Assembly: GCA_964016885.1 (NCBI GenBank)
Contig: OZ024740.1
Span: 140,864,001 to 140,928,000 of the forward strand
Length of the DNA stretch: 64,000 bases
Source: Eledone cirrhosa
Lineage: Eukaryota
Direction of reading: 5' to 3'
A program made the translations under genes and the position numbers. This document shows positions 1-14,300 of this stretch, piece after piece (position 1 is the stretch's first letter; the number at the start of each line of letters is the position of its first letter). Below the pieces are notes generated by a model. The model was not told the origin of the DNA. It did no database searches and was given only the letters and a program-made list of their open reading frames with translations.

Positions 1-3000
1 TGTGGTATATATGTAGGGATGGTTGTGTGGTATAGTTGTAGGTATGGTTGTGTGGTATAGTTGTAGGTATGGTTGTGTGGTATAGATGTAGGGATGGTTG
101 TGTGGTATAGTTGTAGGTATGGTTGTGTGGTATAGTTGTAGGGATGGTTGTGTGGTATAGATGTAGGTATGGTTGTGTGGTATAGATGTAGGGATGGTTG
201 TGTGGTATAGTTGTAGGTATGGTTGTGTGGTATAGATGTAGGGATGGTTGTGTGGTATAGTTGTAGGTATGGTTGTGTGGTATAGATGTAGGTATGGTTG
301 TGTGGTATAGATGTAGGGATGGTTGTGTGGTATAGTTGTAGGTATGGTTGTGTGATATAGATGTAGGTATGGTTGTGTGATATAGATGTAGGTATGGTTG
401 TGTGATATAGATGTAGGTATGGTTGTGTGATATAGATGTAGGTATGGTTGTGTGGTATAGATGTAGGTATGGTTGTGTGGTATAGATGTAGGTATGGTTG
501 TGTGGTATAGTTGTAGGTATGGTTGTGTGGTATAGCTGTAGGTATGGTTGTGTGGTATAGTTGTAGGTATGGTTGTGTGGTATAGATGTAGGTATGGTTG
601 TGTGGTATAGATGTAGGTATAGTTGTGTGGTATAGATGTAGGGAGGGTTGTGTGGTATAGTTGTAGGTATGGTTGTGTGGTATAGATGTAGGTATGGTTG
701 TGTGGTATAGTTGTAGGTATGATTGTGTGGTATAGCTGTAGGTATGGTTGTGTGGTATAGTTGTAGGTATGGTTGTGTGGTATAGATGTAGGTATGGTTG
801 TGTGGTTTAGATGTAGGTATGGTTGTGTGGTATAGATGTAGGTATGGTTGTGTGGTATAGATGTAGGTATGGTTGTGTGGTATGGTTGTGTGGTATAGCT
901 GTAGGTATGGTTGTGTGGTATAGCTGTAGGTATGGTTGTGTGGTATAGTTGTAGGTATGGTTGTGTGATATAGATGTAGGTATGGTTGTGTGGTATAGTT
1001 GTATGTATGGTTGTGTGGTATAGATGTAGGTATGGTTGTGTGGTATAGATGTAGGGATGGTTGTGTGGTATAGTTGTAGGTATGGTTGTGTGGTATAGTT
1101 GTAGGGATGGTTGTGTGGTATAGTTGTAGGTATGGTTATGTGGTATAGTTGTAGGGATGGTTGTGTGGTATAGATGTAGGTATGGTTGTGTGGTATAGTT
1201 GTAGGTATGGTTGTGTGGTATAGTTGTAGGTAGGGTTGTGTGGTATAGATGTAGGTATGGTTGTGTGGTATAGATGTAGGGATGGTTGTGTGGTATAGAT
1301 GTAGGTATGGTTGTGTGGTATAGTTGTAGGGATGGTTGTGTGGTATAGTTGTAGGTATGGTTGTGTGGTATAGTTGTAGGGATGGTTGTGTGGTATAGAT
1401 GTAGGGATGGTTGTGTGGTATAGTTGTAGGTATGGTTGTGTGGTATAGTTGTAGGTATGGTTGTGTGGTATAGTTGTAGGTATGGTTGTGTGGTATAGAT
1501 GTAGGCATGGTTGTGTGGTATAGATGTAGGCATGGTTGTGTGGTATAGATGTAGGGATGGTTGTGTGGTATAGATGTAGGTATGGTTGTGTGGTATAGAT
1601 GTAGGGATGGTTGTGTGGTATAGATGTAGGCATGGTTGTGTGGTATAGATGTAGGTATGGTTGTGTGGTATAGATGTAGGGATGGTTGTGTGGTATAGAT
1701 GTAGGCATGGTTGTGTGGTATAGATGTAGGTATGGTTGTGTGGTATAGATGTAGGGATGGTTGTGTGGTATAGATGTAGGCATGGTTGTGTGGTATAGAT
1801 GTAGGTATGGTTGTGTGGTATAGATGTAGGTATGGTTGTGTGATATAGTTGTAGGGATGGTTGTGTGGTATAGATGTAGGTATGGTTGTGTGGTATAGTT
1901 GTAGGTATGGTTGTGTGGTATAGATGTAGGTATGGTTGTGTGGTATAGATGTAGGGATGGTTGTGTGGTATAGATGTAGGCATGGTTGTGTGGTATAGAT
2001 GTAGGTATGGTTGTGTGGTATAGATGTAGGGATGGTTGTGTGGTATAGTTGTAGGTATGGTTGTGTGGTATAGATGTAGGTATGGTTGTGTGGTATAGAT
2101 GTAGGTATGGTTGTGTGATATAGTTGTAGGGATGGTTGTGTGGTATAGATGTAGGTATGGTTGTGTGGTATAGTTGTAGGTATGGTTGTGTGGTATAGAT
2201 GTAGGTATGGTTGTGTGGTATAGATGTAGGGATGGTTGTGTGGTATAGATGTAGGTATGGTTGTGTGGTATAGTTGTAGGGATGGTTGTGTGGTATAGAT
2301 GTAGGTATGGTTGTGTGGTATAGATGTAGGGATGGTTGTGTGGTATAGATGTAGGTATGGTTGTGTGGTATAGTTGTAGGGATGGTTGTGTGGTATAGAT
2401 GTAGGTATGGTTGTGTGGTATAGATGTAGGTATGGTTGTGTGGTATAGTTGTAGGGATGGTTGTGTGGTATAGTTGTAGGTATGGTTGTGTGGTATAGTT
2501 GTAGGTATGGTTGTGTGGTATAGATGTAGGTATGGTTGTGTGGTATAGATGTAGGGATGGTTGTGTGGTATAGATGTAGGTATGGTTGTGTGGTATAGAT
2601 GTAGGGATGGTTGTGTGGTATAGATGTAGGGATGGTTGTGTGGTATGGATGTAGGGATGGTTGTGTGATATAGATGTAGGGATGGTTGTGTGGTATAGTT
2701 GTAGGTATGGTTGTGTGGTATAGTTGTAGGTGTACTTGTGTGGTATGGATGTAGGGATGGTTGTGTGATATAGATGTAGGGATGGTTGTGTGGTATAGTT
2801 GTAGGTATGGTTGTGTGGTATAGTTGTAGGTGTACTTGTGTGGTATGGATGTAGGGATGGTTGTGTGATATAGATGTAGGGATGGTTGTGTGGTATAGTT
2901 GTAGGTATGGTTGTGTGGTATAGATGTAGGTATGGTTGTGTGGTATAGATGTAGGTATGGTTGTGTGGTATAGATGTAGGGATGGTTGTGTGGTATAGAT

Positions 3001-6000
3001 GTAGGTATGGTTGTGTGATATAGATGTAGGTATGGTTGTGTGGTATAGATGTAGGTATGGTTGTGTGGTATAGTTGTAGGTATGGTTGTGTGGTATAGAT
3101 GTAGGTATGGTTGTGTGGTATAGATGTAGGGATGGTTGTGTGGTATAGTTGTAGGTATGGTTGTGTGGTATAGATGTAGGGATGGTTGTGTGGTATAGTT
3201 GTAGGGATGGTTGTGTGGTATAGATGTAGGGATGTGTGGTATAGATGTAGGGATGGTTGTGTGGTATAGTTGTAGGGATGGTTGTGTGGTATAGATGTAG
3301 GGATGGTTGTGTGGTATAGATGTAGGGATGGTTGTGTGGTATAGTTGTAGGGATGGTTGTGTGGTATAGATGTAGGGATGGTTATGTGGTATAGATGTAG
3401 GGATGGTTGTGTGGTATAGTTGCAGGGATGGTTGTGTGGTATAGATGTAGGTATGGTTGTGTGGTATAGATGTAGGGATGGTTGTGTGGTATAGTTGTAG
3501 GGATGGTTGTGTGGTATAGATGTAGGGATGGTTGTGTGGTATAGATGTAGGGATGGTTGTGTGGTATAGATGTAGGTATGGTTGTGTGGTATAGATGTAG
3601 GGATGGTTGTGTGGGATAGATGTAGGGATGGTTGTGTGGTATAGTTGTAGGGATGGTTGTGTGGTATAGATGTAGGTATGGTTGTGTGGTATAGATGTAG
3701 GGATGGTTGTGTGGTATAGATGTAGGGATGGTTGTGTGGTATAGTTGTAGGGATGGTTGTGTGGTATAGATGTAGGGATGGTTGTGTGGTATAGATGTAG
3801 GGATGGTTGTGTGGTATAGTTGTAGGGATGGTTGTGTGGTATAGATGTAGGGATGGTTGTGTGGTATAGATGTAGGGATGGTTGTGTGGTATAGTTGTAG
3901 GGATGGCTGTGTGGTATAGTTGTAGGGATGGTTGTGTGGTATAGATGTAGGTATGGTTGTGTGGTATAGATGTAGGTATGGTTGTGTGGTATAGTTGTAG
4001 GGATGGTTGTGTGGTATAGATGTAGGTATGGTTGTGTGGTATAGATGTAGGTATGGTTGTGTCGTATAGTTGTAGGGATGGTTCTGTGGTATAGATGTAG
4101 GTATGGTTGTGTGGTATAGTTGTAGGGATGGTTGTGTGGTATAGTTGTAGGAATGGTTGTGTGGTATAGATGTAGGTATGGTTGTGTCGTATAGTTGTAG
4201 GTATGGTTGTGTGGTATAGTTGTAGGTATGGTTGTGTGGTATAGATGTAGGCATGGTTGTGTGGTATAGATGTAGGCATGGTTGTGTGGTATAGATGTAG
4301 GTATGGTTGTGTGGTATAGATGTAGGGATGGTTGTGTGGTATAGATGTAGGGATGGTTGTGTGGTATAGATGTAGGCATGGTTGTGTGGTATAGATGTAG
4401 GGATGGTTGTGTGGTATAGATGTAGGGATGGTTGTGTGGTATAGATGTAGGGATGGTTGTGTGGTATAGGTGTAGGCATGGTTGTGTGGTATAGATGTAG
4501 GTATGGTTGTGTGGTATAGATGTAGGGATGGTTGTGTGGTATAGATGTAGGCATGGTTGTGTGGTATAGATGTAGGTATGGTTGTGTGGTATAGATGTAG
4601 GGATGGTTGTGTGGTATAGATGTAGGTATGGTTGTGTGGTATAGTTGCAGGGATGGTTGTGTGGTTTAGTGGTAGGTATGGTTGTGTGGTATAGTTGTAG
4701 GTATGGTTGTGTGGTATAGATGTAGGTATGGTTGTGTGGTATAGATGTAGGTATGGTTGTGTGGTATAGTTGTAGGGATGGTTGTGTGGTATAGATGTAG
4801 GTATGGTTGTGTGGTATAGTTGTAGGGATGGTTGTGTGGTATAGATGTAGGTATGGTTGTGTGGTATAGATGTAGGTATGGTTGTGTGGTATAGATGTAG
4901 GTATGGTTGTGTGGTATAGTTGTAGGGATGGTTGTGTGGTATAGATGTAGGTATGGTTGTGTGGTATAGTTGTAGGGATGGTTGTGTGGTATAGATGTAG
5001 GTATGGTTGTGTGGTATAGATGTAGGTATGGTTGTGTGGTATAGTTGTAGGGATGGTTGTGTGGTATAGATGTAGGTATGGTTGTGTGGTATAGTTGTAG
5101 GGATGGTTGTGTGGTATAGATGTAGGTATGGTTGTGTGGTATAGATGTAGGGATGGTTGTGTGGTATAGATGTAGGTATAGTTGTGTGGTATAGTTGTAG
5201 GGATGGTTGTGTGGTATAGATGTAGGTATGGTTGTGTGGTATAGTTGTAGGGATGGTTGTGTGGTATAGATGTAGGTATGGTTGTGTGGTATAGATGTAG
5301 GGATGGTTGTGTGGTATAGATGTAGGGATGGTTGCGTGGTATGGATATAGGGATGGTTGTGTGGTATAGATGTAGGTATGGTTGTGTGGTATAGATGTAG
5401 GGATGGTTGTGTGGTATAGTTGTAGGTATGGTTGTGTGGTATAGTTGTAGGTATGGTTGCGTGGTATAGTTGTAGGTATGCTTGTGTGGTATAGATGTAG
5501 GGATGGTTGTGTGGTGTAGATGTAGGTATGGTTGTGTGGTATAGTTGTAGGCATGGTTGTGTGGTATAGTTGTAGGTATGGTTGTGTGGTATAGATGTAG
5601 GTATGGTTGTGTGGTATAGATATAGGGATGGTTGTGTGGTATAGTTGTAGTTATGGTTGTGTGGTATAGATGTAGGTATGGTTGTGTGGTATAGATATAG
5701 GGATGGTTGTGTGGTATAGTTGTAGGTATGGTTGTGTGGTATAGATGTAGGTATGGTTGTGTGGTATAGATATAGGGATGGTTGTGTGGTATAGTTGTAG
5801 GTATGGTTGTGTGGTATAGTTGTAGGGATGGTTGTGTGGTATATATGTAGGTATGGTTGTGTGGTATATATGTAGGTATGGTTGTGTGGTATAGATGTAG
5901 GGATGGTTGTGTGGTATAGATGTAGGTATGGTTGTGTGGTATATATGTAGGTATGGTTGTGTGGTATAGATGTAGGGATGGTTGTGTGGTATAGATGTAG

Positions 6001-8329
6001 GTATGGTTGTGTGATATAGATGTAGGTATGGTTGTGTGGTATAGATGTAGGTATGGTTGTGTGGTATAGTTGTAGGTATGGTTGTGTGGTATAGATGTAG
6101 GTATGGTTGTGTGGTATAGATGTAGAGATGGTTGTGTGGTATAGATGTGGGGATGGTTGTGTGGTATGGATGTAGGGATGGTTGTGTGGTATAGTTGTAG
6201 GTATGGTTGTGTGGTATAGATGTAGGGATGGTTGTGTGGTATAGTTGTAGGGATGGTTGTGTGGTATAGTTGTAGGTATGGTTGTGTGGTATACTTGTAG
6301 GTATGGTTGTGTGGTATAGATGTAGGGATGGTTGTGTGGTATAGATGTAGGGATGGTTGTGTGGTATAGTTGTAGGGATGGTTGTGTGGTATAGATGTAG
6401 GGATGGTTGTGTGGTATAGATGTAGGTATGGTTGTGTGGTATAGATGTAGGGATGGTTGTGTGGTATAGTTGTAGGGATGGTTGTGTGGTATAGTTGTAG
6501 GTATGGTTGTGTGGTATAGTTGTAGGTATGGTTGTGTGGTATCGTTGTAGGGATGGTTGTGTGGTATACTTGTAGGTATGGTTGTGTGGTATAGATGTAG
6601 GTATGGTTGTGTGGTATACTTGTAGGTATGGTTGTGTGGTATAGTTGTAGGGATGGTTGTGTGGTATAGTTGTAGGTATGGTTGTGTGGTATAGATGTAG
6701 GTATGGTTGTGTGGTATAGATGTAGGTATGGTTGTGTGGTATAGATGTAAGTATGCTTGTGTGGTATAGATGTAGGTATGGTTGTGTGGTATACTTGTAG
6801 GTATGGTTGTGTGGTATAGTTGTAGGGATGGTTCTGTGATATAGTTGTAGGTATGGTTGTGTGGTATAGATGTAGGTATGGTTGTGTGGTATAGATGTAG
6901 GGATGGTTGTGTGGTATAGATGTAGGTATGGTTGTGTGGTATAGATGTAGGGATGGTTGTGTGGTATAGTTGTAGGTATGGTTGTGTGGTATAGTTGTAG
7001 GTATGGTTGTGTGGTATAGATGTAGGGATGGTTGTGTGGTATAGTTGTAGGTATGGTTGTGTGGTATAGTTGTAGGGATGGTTGTGTGGTATAGATGTAG
7101 GTATGGTTGTGTGGTATAGATGTAGGGATGGTTGTGTGGTATAGTTGTAGGTATGGTTGTGTGGTATAGATGCAGGGATGGTTGTGTGGTATAGTTGTAG
7201 GTATGGTTGTGTGGTATAGATGTAGGTATGGTTGTGTGGTATAGATGTAGGGATGGTTGTGTGGTATAGTTGGAGGGATGGTTGTGTGGTTTAGTTGTAG
7301 GTATGGTTGTGTGATATAGATGTAGGTATGGTTGTGTGATATAGATGTAGGTATGGTTGTGTGATATAGATGTAGGTATGGTTGTGTGGTATAGATGTAG
7401 GTATGGTTGTGTGGTATAGATGTAGGTATGGTTGTGTGGTATAGTTGTAGGTATGGTTGTGTGGTATAGCTGTAGGTATGGTTGTGTGGTATAGTTGTAG
7501 GTATGGTTGTGTGGTATAGATGTAGGTATGGTTGTGTGGTATAGATGTAGGTATAGTTGTGTGGTATAGATGTAGGTATGGTTGTGTGGTATAGATGTAG
7601 GTATGGTTGTGTGGTATAGATGTAGGGATGGTTGTGTGGTATAGATGTAGGTATGGTTGTGTGGTATAGTTGTAGGGATGGTTGTGTGGTATAGTTGTAG
7701 GGATGGTTGTGTGGTATAGATGTAGGGATGGTTGAGTGGTATAGGTGCACGGCTGGTTGTGTGGTATAGTTGTAGGTATGGTTGTGTGGTATAGATATAG
7801 GTATGGTTGTGTGGTATAGTTGTAGGTATGGTTGTGTGGTATAGCTGTAGGTATGGTTGTGTGGTATAGTTGTAGGTATGGTTGTGTGGTATAGATGTAG
7901 GTATGGTTGTGTGGTTTAGATGTAGGTATGGTTGTGTGGTATAGATGTAGGTATGGTTGTGTGGTATAGATGTAGGTATGGTTGTGTGGTATAGTTGTAG
8001 GTATGGTTGTGTGGTATAGCTGTAGGTATGGTTGTGTGGTATAGCTGTAGGTATGGTTGTGTGGTATAGTTGTAGGTATGGTTGTGTGATATAGATGTAG
8101 GTATGGTTGTGTGGTATAGTTGTATGTATGGTTGTGTGGTATAGATGTAGGTATGGTTGTGTGGTATAGATGTAGGGATGGTTGTGTGGTATAGCTGTAG
8201 GTATGGTTGTGTGGTATAGTTGTAGGGATGGTTGTGTGGTATAGTTGTAGGTATGGTTGTGTGGTATAGTTGTAGGGATGGTTGTGTGGTATAGATGTAG
8301 GTATGGTTGTGTGGTATAGTTGTAGGTAT

Positions 8330-11300
8330 GGTTGTGTGGTATAGATGTAGGGATGGTTGTGTGGTATAGATGTAGGTATGGTTGTGTGGTATAGATGTAG
8401 GTAGAGTTGTGTGGTATAGATGTAGGTATGGTTGTGTGGTATAGATGTAGGGATGGTTGTGTGGTATAGATGTAGGTATGGTTGTGTGGTATAGATGTAG
8501 GTATGGTTGTGTTGTATAGTTGTAGGTATGGTTGTGTGGTATAGTTGTAGGTATGGTTGTGTGGTATAGATGTAGGGATGGTTGTGTGATATAGATGTAG
8601 GTATGGTTGTGTGCTATAGATGTAGGTATGGTTGTGTTGTATAGTTGTAGGGATGGTTGTGTGGTATAGATGTAGGGATGGTTGTGTGGTATAGATGTAG
8701 GGATGGTTGTGTGGTATAGATGTAGGTATGGTTGTGTGGTATAGATGTAGGGATGGTTGTGTGGTATAGTTGTAGGTATGGTTGTGTGGTATAGTTGTAG
8801 GTATGGTTGTGTGGTATAGATGTAGGTATGGTTGTGTGGTATAGTTGTAGGGATGGTTGTGTGGTATAGTTGTAGGTATGGTTGTGTGGTATAGTTGTAG
8901 GTATGGTTGTGTGGTATAGTTGTAGGTAGGGTTGTGTGGTATAGATGTAGGTATGGTTGTGTGGTATAGATGTAGGGATGGTTGTGTGATATAGATGTAG
9001 GTATGGTTGTGTGCTATAGATGTAGGTATGGTTGTGTTGTATAGTTGTAGGGATGGTTGTGTGGTATAGCTGTAGGTATGGTTGTGTGGTATAGTTGTAG
9101 GTATGGTTGTGTGGTATAGATGTAGGTATGGTTGTGTGGTATAGTTGTAGGTATGGTTGTGTGGTATAGATGTAGGTATGGTTGTGTGGTATAGATGTAG
9201 GAATGGTTGTGTGGTATAGTTGTAGGTATGGTTGTGTGGTATAGATGTAGGGATGGTTGTGTGGTATAGTTGTAGGGATGGTTGTGTGGAATAGTTGTAG
9301 GTATGGTTGTGTGGTATAGATGTAGGGATGGTTGTGTGGTATAGATGTAGGGATGGTTGTGTGGTATGGATGTAGGGATGGTTGTGTGGTATAGATGTAG
9401 GTATGGTTGTGTGGTATAGATGTAGGGATGGTTGTGTGGTATAGATGTAGGTAGGGTTGTGTGGTATAGATGTAGGGATGGTTGTGTGGTATAGTTGTAG
9501 GGATGGTTGTGTGGTATAGATGTAGGGATGGTTGTGTGGTATAGATGTACGGATGGTTGTGTGGTATAGTTGTAGGTATGGTTGTGTGGTATAGATGTAG
9601 GTATGGTTGTGTGGTATAGATGTAGGGATGGTTGTGTGGTATAGATGTAGGGATGGTTGTGTGGTATAGTTGTAGGGATGGTTGTGTGGTATAGATGTAG
9701 GTATGGTTGTGTGGTATAGATGTAGGTATGGTTGTGTGGTATAGATGTAGGGATGGTTGTGTGGTATAGATGTAGGTAGGGTTGTGTGGTATAGATGTAG
9801 GTATGGTTGTGTGGTATAGATGTAGGGATGGTTGTGTGGTATAGTTGTAGGGATGGTTATGTGGTATAGATGTAGGTATGGTTGTGTGGTATAGATGTAG
9901 TTATGGTTGTGTGGTCTGGATGTAGGTATGGTTGTGTGGTATAGTTGTAGGGATGGTTGTGTGGTATAGATGTAGGTATGGTTGTGTGGTATAGATGTAG
10001 GTATGGTTGTGTGGTATAGATGTAGGGATGGTTGTGTGGTATAGATGTAGGGATGGTTGTGTGGTATAGATGTAGGGATGGTTGTGTGGTATGGATGTAG
10101 GGATGGTTGTGTGGTATAGATGTAGGTATGGTTGTGTGGTATAGATGTAGAGATGGTTGTGTGGTATAGATGTAGGTAGGGTTGTGTGGTATAGATGTAG
10201 GTATGGTTGTGTGGTATAGATGTAGGGATGGTTGTGTGGTATAGATGTAGGTAGGGTTGTGTGGTATAGATGTAGGTATGGTTGTGTGGTATAGATGTAG
10301 GGATGGTTGTGTGGTATAGTTGTAGGGATGGTTGTGTGGTATAGATGTAGGTATGGTTGTGTGGTATAGATGTAGTTATGGTTGTGTGGTCTGGATGTAG
10401 GTATGGTTGTGTGGTATAGTTGTAGGGATGGTTGTGTGGTATAGATGTAGGTATGGTTGTGTGGTATAGATGTAGGTATGGTTGTGTGGTATAGATGTAG
10501 GGATGGTTGTGTGGTATAGATGTAGGGATGGTTGTGTGGTATAGATGTAGGTATGGTTGTGTGGTATAATTGTAGGTATGGTTCTGTGATATAGATGTAG
10601 GTATGATTGTGTGGTATAGTTGTAGGTATGGTTGTGTGGTATAGTTGTAGGTATGGTTGTGTGGTATAGTTGTAGGTATGGTTGTGTGGTATAGTTGTAG
10701 GGATGGTTGTGTGGTTTAGTTGTAGGTATGGTTGTGTGGTATAGATGTAGGTATGGTTGTGTTGTATAGATGTAGGCATGGTTGTGTGGTATAGATGTAG
10801 GTATGGTTGTGTGGTATAGATGTAGGGATGGTTGTGTGGTATAGTTGTAGGTATGGTTGTGTGGTATAGATGTAGGGATGGTTGTGTGGTCTGGATGTAG
10901 GTATGGTTGTGTGGTATAGTTGTAGGTATGGTTGTGTGGTATAGATGTAGGGATGGTTGTGTGGTATAGATGTAGGTATGGTTGTGTGGTATAGTTGTAG
11001 GTAGGGTTGTGTGGTATAGTTGTAGGTATGGTTGTGTGGTATAATTGTAGGTATGGTTCTGTGATATAGATGTAGGGATGGCTGTGTGATATAGATGTAG
11101 GTATGGTTGTGTGGTATAGTTGTAGGTATGGTTCTGTGATATAGATGTAGGTATGGTTGTGTGGTATAATTGTAGGTATGGTTCTGTGATATAGATGTAG
11201 GGATGGCTGTGTGATATAGATGTAGGTATGGTTGTGTGGTATAGTTGTAGGGATGGTTGTGTGGTATAGATGTAGGTATGGTTGTGTGGTATAGTTGTAG

Positions 11301-14300
11301 GTATGGTTGTGTGGTATAGTTGTAGGGATGGTTGTGTGGTATAGTTGTAGGTATGGTTGTGTGGTATAGTTGTAGGTATGGTTGTGTGGTATAGTTGTAG
11401 GTATGGTTGTGTGATATAGATGTAGGGATGGTTGTGTGGTATAGTTGTAGGGATGGTTGTGTGGTATAGTTGTAGGTATGGTTGTGTGATATAGATGTAG
11501 GGATGGTTGTGTGGTATAGATGTAGGGATGGTTGTGTGGTATAGTTGTAGGGATGGTTGTGTGGTATAGATGTAGGGATGGTTGTGTGGTGTAGATGTAG
11601 GTATGGTTGTGTGGTATAGTTGTAGGTATGGTTGTGTGGTATAGTTGTAGGTATGGTTGTGTGGTATAGATGTAGGTATGGTTGTGTGGTATAGATGTAG
11701 GTATGGTTGTGTGGTATAGTTGTAGGTATGGTTGTGTGATATAGATGTAGGGATGGTTGTGTGGTATAGTTGTAGGGATGGTTGTGTGGTGTTAGATGTA
11801 GGTATGATTGTGTTGTATAGTTGTAGGTATGGTTGTGTGGTATAGTTGTAGGTATGGTTGTGTGGTATAGATGTAGGGATGGTTGTGTTGTATAGTTGTA
11901 GGTATGGTTGTGTGGTATAGTTGTAGGTATGGTTGTGTGATATAGATGTAGGGATGGTTGTGTGGTATAGTTGTAGGGATGGTTGTGTGGTATAGATGTA
12001 GGGATGGTTGTGTGATATAGATGTAGGGATGGTTGTGTGGTATAGTTGTAGGGATGATTGTGTGGTATAGATGTAGGTATGATTGTGTTGTATAGTTGTA
12101 GGGATGGTTGTGTGGTATAGATGTAGGTATGGTTGTGTGGTATAGTTGTAGGTATGGTTGTGTGGTATAGTTGGAGGGATGGTTGTGTGGTATAGTTGTA
12201 GGGATGGTTGTGTGGTATAGATGTAGGTATGATTGTGTTGTATAGTTGTAGGGATGGTTCTGTGGTATAGATGTAGGTATGCTTGTGTGGTATAGTTGTA
12301 GGTATGGTTGTGTGGTATAGTTGTAGGGATGGTTGTGTGTTATAGATGTAGGTATGGTTGTGTGGTATAGATGTAGGGATGGTTGTGTGGTATAGATGTA
12401 GGGATGGTTGTGTGGTATAGTTGTAGGTATGGTTGTGTGGTATAGTTGTAGGTATGGTTGTGTGTTATAGATGTAGGGATGGTTGTGTGGTATAGATGTA
12501 GGGATGGTTGTGTGGTATAGTTGTAGGTATGGTTGTGTGGTATTGATGTAGGTATGGTTGTGTGGTATAGTTGTAGGTATGGTTGTGTGGTATAGTTGTA
12601 GGTATGGTTGTGTGGTATAGTTGAAGGTATGGTTGTGTGGTATAGATTTAGGGATGGTTGTGTGGTATAGATGTAGGTATGGTTGCGTGGTATAGTTGTA
12701 GGTATGGTTGTGTGGTATAGATGTAGGGATGGTTGTGTGGTATAGTTGAAGGTATGGTTGTGTGGTATAGATTTAGGGATGGTTGTGTGGTATAGATGTA
12801 GGTATGGTTGTGTGGTATAGTTGTAGGCATGGTTGTGTGGTATAGTTGTAGGTAAGGTTGTGTGGTATAGTTGTAGGTATGGTTGTGTGGTATAGTTGTA
12901 GGGATGGTTGTGTGATATAGATGTAGGTATGGTTGTGTGGTATAGATGTAGGGATGGTTGTGTGGTATAGATGTAGGGATGGTTGTGTGGTATAGTTGTA
13001 GGTATGGTTGTGTGGTATAGATGTAGGGATGGTTGTGTGGTATAGTTGTAGGGATGGTTGTGTGGTATAGTTGTAGGTATGGTTGTGTGGTATAGATGTA
13101 GGGATGGTTGTGTGGTATAGTTGTAGGTATGGTTGTGTGGTATAGATGCAGGGATGGTTGTGTGGTATAGTTGTAGGTATGGTTGTGTGGTATAGATGTA
13201 GGTATGGTTGTGTGGTATAGATGTAGGGATGGTTGTGTGGTATAGTTTTAGGTATGGTTGTGTGGTATAGATGTAGGGATGGTTGTGTGGTATAGATGTA
13301 GGGATGGTTGTGTGGTATAGTTGTAGGGATGGTTGTGTGGTATAGATGTAGGGATGGTTGTGTGGTATAGTTGTAGGGATGGTTGTGTGGTATAGATGTA
13401 GGTATGGTTGTGTGGTATAGTTGTAGGGATGGTTGTGTGGTATAGATGTAGCCATGGTTGTGTGGTATAGATGTAGGTATGGTTGTGTGGTATAGTTGTA
13501 GGTATGGTTGTGTGGTATAGATGTAGGTATGGTTGTGTGGTATAGTCGTAGGTAGGGTTGTGTGGTATAGTTGTAGGGATGGTTGTGTGGTATAGTTGTA
13601 GGGATGGTTGTGTGGAATAGATGTAGGTATGGTTGTGTGGTATAGTTGTAGGTATGGTTGTGTGGTATAGTTGTAGGTATGGTTGTGTGGTATAGTTGTA
13701 GGTATGGTTGTGTGGTATAGTTGTAGGTATGGTTGTGTGGTATAGTTGTAGGGATGGTTGTGTGGGATAGTTGTAGGTATGGTTGTGTGGTATAGTTGTA
13801 GGGATCGTTGTGTGGTATAGTTGTAGGTATGGTTGTGTGGTATAGATGTAGTTATGGTTGTGTGGTATAGATGTAGGTATGGTTGTGTGGTATAGTTGTA
13901 GGTATGGTTGTGTGGTATAGTTGTAGGTATGATTGTGTGGTATAGTTGTAGGGATGGTTGTGTGGGATAGTTGTAGGTATGGTTGTGTGGTATAGATGTA
14001 GTTATGGTTGTGTGGTATAGATGTAGGTATGGTTGTGTTGTATAGTTGTAGGGATGGTTGTGTGGTATAGATGTAGGGATGGTTGTGTGGTATAGATGTA
14101 GGGATGGTTGTGTGGTATAGATGTAGGTATGGTTGTGTGGTATAGATGTAGGGATGGTTGTGTGGTATAGTTGTAGGTATGGTTGTGTGGTATAGTTGTA
14201 GGTATGGTTGTGTGGTATAGATGTAGGTATGGTTGTGTGGTATAGTTGTAGGGATGGTTGTGTGGTATAGTTGTAGGTATGGTTGTGTGGTATAGTTGTA

